A DNA stretch of 59,421 nucleotides, filler included. It is 3 parts of 3 records of this genome, joined end to end, with 100 filler letters (N's around TTAATTAATTAA, not from the genome) between each part and the next. Parts side by side here need not be neighbours in the genome. Positions count along the whole stretch, not along the records: positions 53,300 to 59,421 come from SRR20825006_1680; 2 more parts are not named here. One strand, written 5' to 3'. The position numbers and the translations under genes are program-made. The notes below the pieces were generated by a model. The model made no database searches. It saw nothing but the letters and a program-made list of their open reading frames with translations, and was not told the origin of the DNA. This document shows positions 57,071 through 59,421 of this stretch, one piece after another. The stretch's first letter is position 1, and each line of letters opens with the position of its first letter.

Positions 57071-58114
57071 ATGCTTAAAATGATTTCCTTAAAACAACAA
57101 ATTTCAGCGTTAGAAGAATTTGAGTGGAATTATTATTCAGAAAAAGGAGACCAAATATTAAAAAATCCTTTTACGAGCCAACTTTCTCACACAGATTTTG
57201 TAAAAAAGTATTTTGATCATTCCGGAAAAAACTCTGTTCTAGATTTCATTAATTATTTACCAAATGGTGAACTCAATAATGATAGAATGAAACATACAAG
57301 TTCAATCTTTTTTTTAGGTGTTTTAATTTATAACAGAACAGATTTACATAGTGATTTTTTTGAGAATTTTAACACTGCCGAATATAGACGCTTCCCTTTT
57401 CTTTGGTTCTTAACGTGTCTATTTCATGATTTCGGTTTTGATATTGAAAGCGACGAAAGAGCTTACATTGGAATACATAACCTCGATGATCTAAAAAAAA
57501 AATACTCAATAAACCATTGCCTTCTTGAGACAAAACCAAATGAGGTAAGTACTGTGCTTTTTTCTGATATTGAAAAATATTTTAATTTCAGATTAAAAAA
57601 TGGTGAAATAATAGACCACGGAATTTTTGCTGCCCTATTTTTCTTTGATAGACTTATAAAAAATCGTCGAAGTAAATTTGAGACAAACGATGAATTGCTT
57701 TTTTGGGGTAAAGAGCTTGAAGAGCAATATGCTCAAGTTGCTACTACAATAGCTGTTCACAACATTTGGTTACCAAAAACAATACAAGATATCAAAGAAT
57801 ATGAAAAATATAAACTTAACAACATAATAACAGGATTTAGCCCAATCAAATTTAATGACTTTCCTCTTTTATATATTTTAGGAATTGTAGACACAATTGA
57901 TCCAGTTAAAATTTATATGCGAGACGGCTTCACACCAAATGAAATCCTAGATAACATTGATTTAAAATTTAATGGAAACGAGGTGACTTTTAAAAATGGT
58001 AGTAATTCGAAATTAGATTTCACAAAGATGATCCAAAGTGCAAAAGGCTTAAAGGGTTGGATTGATGTAAAGCGTAACTATAGTGATTGTGAATTAATTT
58101 TAACACTTGGGTAA
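57071..58114 (+). CDS. Uncharacterised HD-superfamily metal-dependent phosphohydrolase
   Basis: Ordered motifs RMKH, LFHDFG, DHG, AVHN and VDTID fit the HD ligand pattern H...HD...H...H...D; very AT-rich. Confidence 0.65.
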   Translation: MLKMISLKQQISALEEFEWNYYSEKGDQILKNPFTSQLSHTDFVKKYFDHSGKNSVLDFINYLPNGELNNDRMKHTSSIFFLGVLIYNRTDLHSDFFENFNTAEYRRFPFLWFLTCLFHDFGFDIESDERAYIGIHNLDDLKKKYSINHCLLETKPNEVSTVLFSDIEKYFNFRLKNGEIIDHGIFAALFFFDRLIKNRRSKFETNDELLFWGKELEEQYAQVATTIAVHNIWLPKTIQDIKEYEKYKLNNIITGFSPIKFNDFPLLYILGIVDTIDPVKIYMRDGFTPNEILDNIDLKFNGNEVTFKNGSNSKLDFTKMIQSAKGLKGWIDVKRNYSDCELILTLG

Positions 58115-58271
58115 ACCAAATAAACCCAACCTGGTGTAATTCACTTGCTTGTCCCCACTCCCTTCTACGTTCGTAGCATAATCACTCTTAGAATCATTTA
58201 TCTGAAAGCTAGAGCTTCCAATCTATATTACAAACGAGGACATTCGTAACGCGGATAAATAAAATATAATT

Positions 58272-58292
58272 CGATTTTTTTAGGTGTAACTA
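58272..58292 (+). repeat. Right copy of the 21-bp direct repeat
   Basis: CGATTTTTTTAGGTGTAACTA; one G>T difference from 55251-55271. Confidence 0.75.
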
Positions 58293-58351
58293 GTCACTTG
58301 TAATTCATATAATGAAGTGATTTACGACGGCTAAATAAAACTACACTTCTC

Positions 58352-59278
58352 ATGAATATTGTAACCTTAACTATCAATCCTTCTTTAGATAAAAGTGCAA
58401 AGATAGATCAGCTAATCCCAGAGCAAAAGCTAAAATGCCACGATATCCAATTTCAAGCTGGTGGCGGTGGCGTCAATATCTCACGTGTGCTTCATACTTT
58501 GGGTGTGAAGAATAATTGTGTATTCACCTGTGGGGGCGATACTGGAGAAACACTAAAGGGTTTACTTGAGGATGAGAAGTTAGAAATCACGCCTATCCCT
58601 GTAGAAGACTGGACTCGCGAAAACCTTGCGATTGTAGATACTAAAACCGACTTACAATACCGATTCGGGATGCCTGGAAAAGGTATCAGTGCTACTACCA
58701 TAAAGGATATAAAATCCACTATTAATAAATTAGTTACAGACGATTCTATTTTAATAATTAGTGGTAGTATTCCAGATTCTATGTCTCCAGATTTCTATGT
58801 AGAATTAATAGACAATTTAATCGCTAAAAACGTCAAACTTATTATAGATACTTCCGGTGCTGCCTTAAAAGCTAGTCTTAAAAAACCGGTGTTTCTAATG
58901 AAGCCTAACCAAAGTGAATTGGCACAATTAGCAGGCAAAGACTTTTTAACCAAAACCGAACAAGAAGCCTTTGTTATGGAGTTAATCACCAGCAAGCGTG
59001 CCCAATACGTTATCGTATCTTTAGGAGCACGTGGTGCATTTTTAGCCTCAGAGCAAGGTATTTTCTACCAATCGACGCCATCAATAAAAGTAAAAAGTAC
59101 CATTGGTGCTGGCGATAGTATGGTGGCTGGTATGGTTTGCGCCATTGCGAAGGGCTATTCTTCAAAGGATATTTTAAAATGGGGAGTTGTTTGCGGTGTT
59201 GCTACAACAATGACCGATGGCACTAATTTAGCTTCTAAAGAGAATATCCAAAAGGTTTTAGAGTTGATGGAGGAGTAG
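58352..59278 (+). CDS. pfkB: 1-phosphofructokinase/PfkB family hexose kinase (6-phosphofructokinase II-like)
   Basis: TLTINPSLDKS, GGGGVNISR, TREN, SGSIP, DTSG, KPNQSEL, VSLGARGA, STIGAGDSMVAG. Confidence 0.88.
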   Translation: MNIVTLTINPSLDKSAKIDQLIPEQKLKCHDIQFQAGGGGVNISRVLHTLGVKNNCVFTCGGDTGETLKGLLEDEKLEITPIPVEDWTRENLAIVDTKTDLQYRFGMPGKGISATTIKDIKSTINKLVTDDSILIISGSIPDSMSPDFYVELIDNLIAKNVKLIIDTSGAALKASLKKPVFLMKPNQSELAQLAGKDFLTKTEQEAFVMELITSKRAQYVIVSLGARGAFLASEQGIFYQSTPSIKVKSTIGAGDSMVAGMVCAIAKGYSSKDILKWGVVCGVATTMTDGTNLASKENIQKVLELMEE

Positions 59279-59312
59279 TTAATGGTTATTGAGAGATTAA
59301 GTTATTGAGTTG

Positions 59313-59361
59313 TTAGCATACAGCTGTTAGCCATCAGCTTTTAGATTTTAGCTTTTAATTT
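59313..59361 (+). repeat. Degenerate 7-bp tandem repeat
   Basis: ttagcat acagctg ttagcca tcagctt ttagatt ttagctt ttaattt downstream of pfkB. Confidence 0.5.
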
Positions 59362-59421
59362 GGGATTGCGCTAAACCTTGTCCCAATCCAGAATTCTTAA
59401 TTTTGAATTATTAATTCTCAA

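Overview
The window is a chimera of three unrelated contigs joined by artificial 100-nt linkers (44 N + TTAATTAATTAA + 44 N, at 27689-27788 and 53200-53299). Taxonomic labels are inferred from composition and gene content. Segment 1 (1-27688) is very GC-rich and Myxococcota/Bradymonadia-like. It carries two tandem R2-like ligand-binding oxidases (R2lox), a YHS lipoprotein, a large HEAT/DUF4132 protein, a PAS hybrid histidine kinase, a run of amidohydrolase pair, Nudix, RNA ligase and HD-Pnk genes, a DUF4388/J-like protein, a Ser/Thr kinase-STAND ATPase and a 14-repeat Ig-like lipoprotein. Segment 2 (27789-53199) is moderate GC and Rhodopirellula-like (Planctomycetota). It carries two DUF1559 prepilin-like paralogues heading a PepSY-TM/DUF2271/DUF4198/flavodoxin cluster, a CotH-VTC-DUF4956 operon, a LamG-sialidase-like protein, a GT1 glycosyltransferase, an ECF sigma with a Ser/Thr kinase, MarR, GNAT, PhzF, HD and RND genes. 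Segment 3 (53300-59421) is AT-rich and Bacteroidota-like. It carries a RibD-C/DHFR-like gene, an MDR oxidoreductase, pfkB, and a very AT-rich two-gene cassette (DUF262-DUF1524 GmrSD-like nuclease plus an uncharacterised HD-domain protein) bracketed by a 21-bp near-perfect direct repeat. That cassette is the best candidate for an undescribed mobile defence system. No rRNA, tRNA, CRISPR array or transposase was recognised. All family calls come from motif recognition by eye, with no database search.
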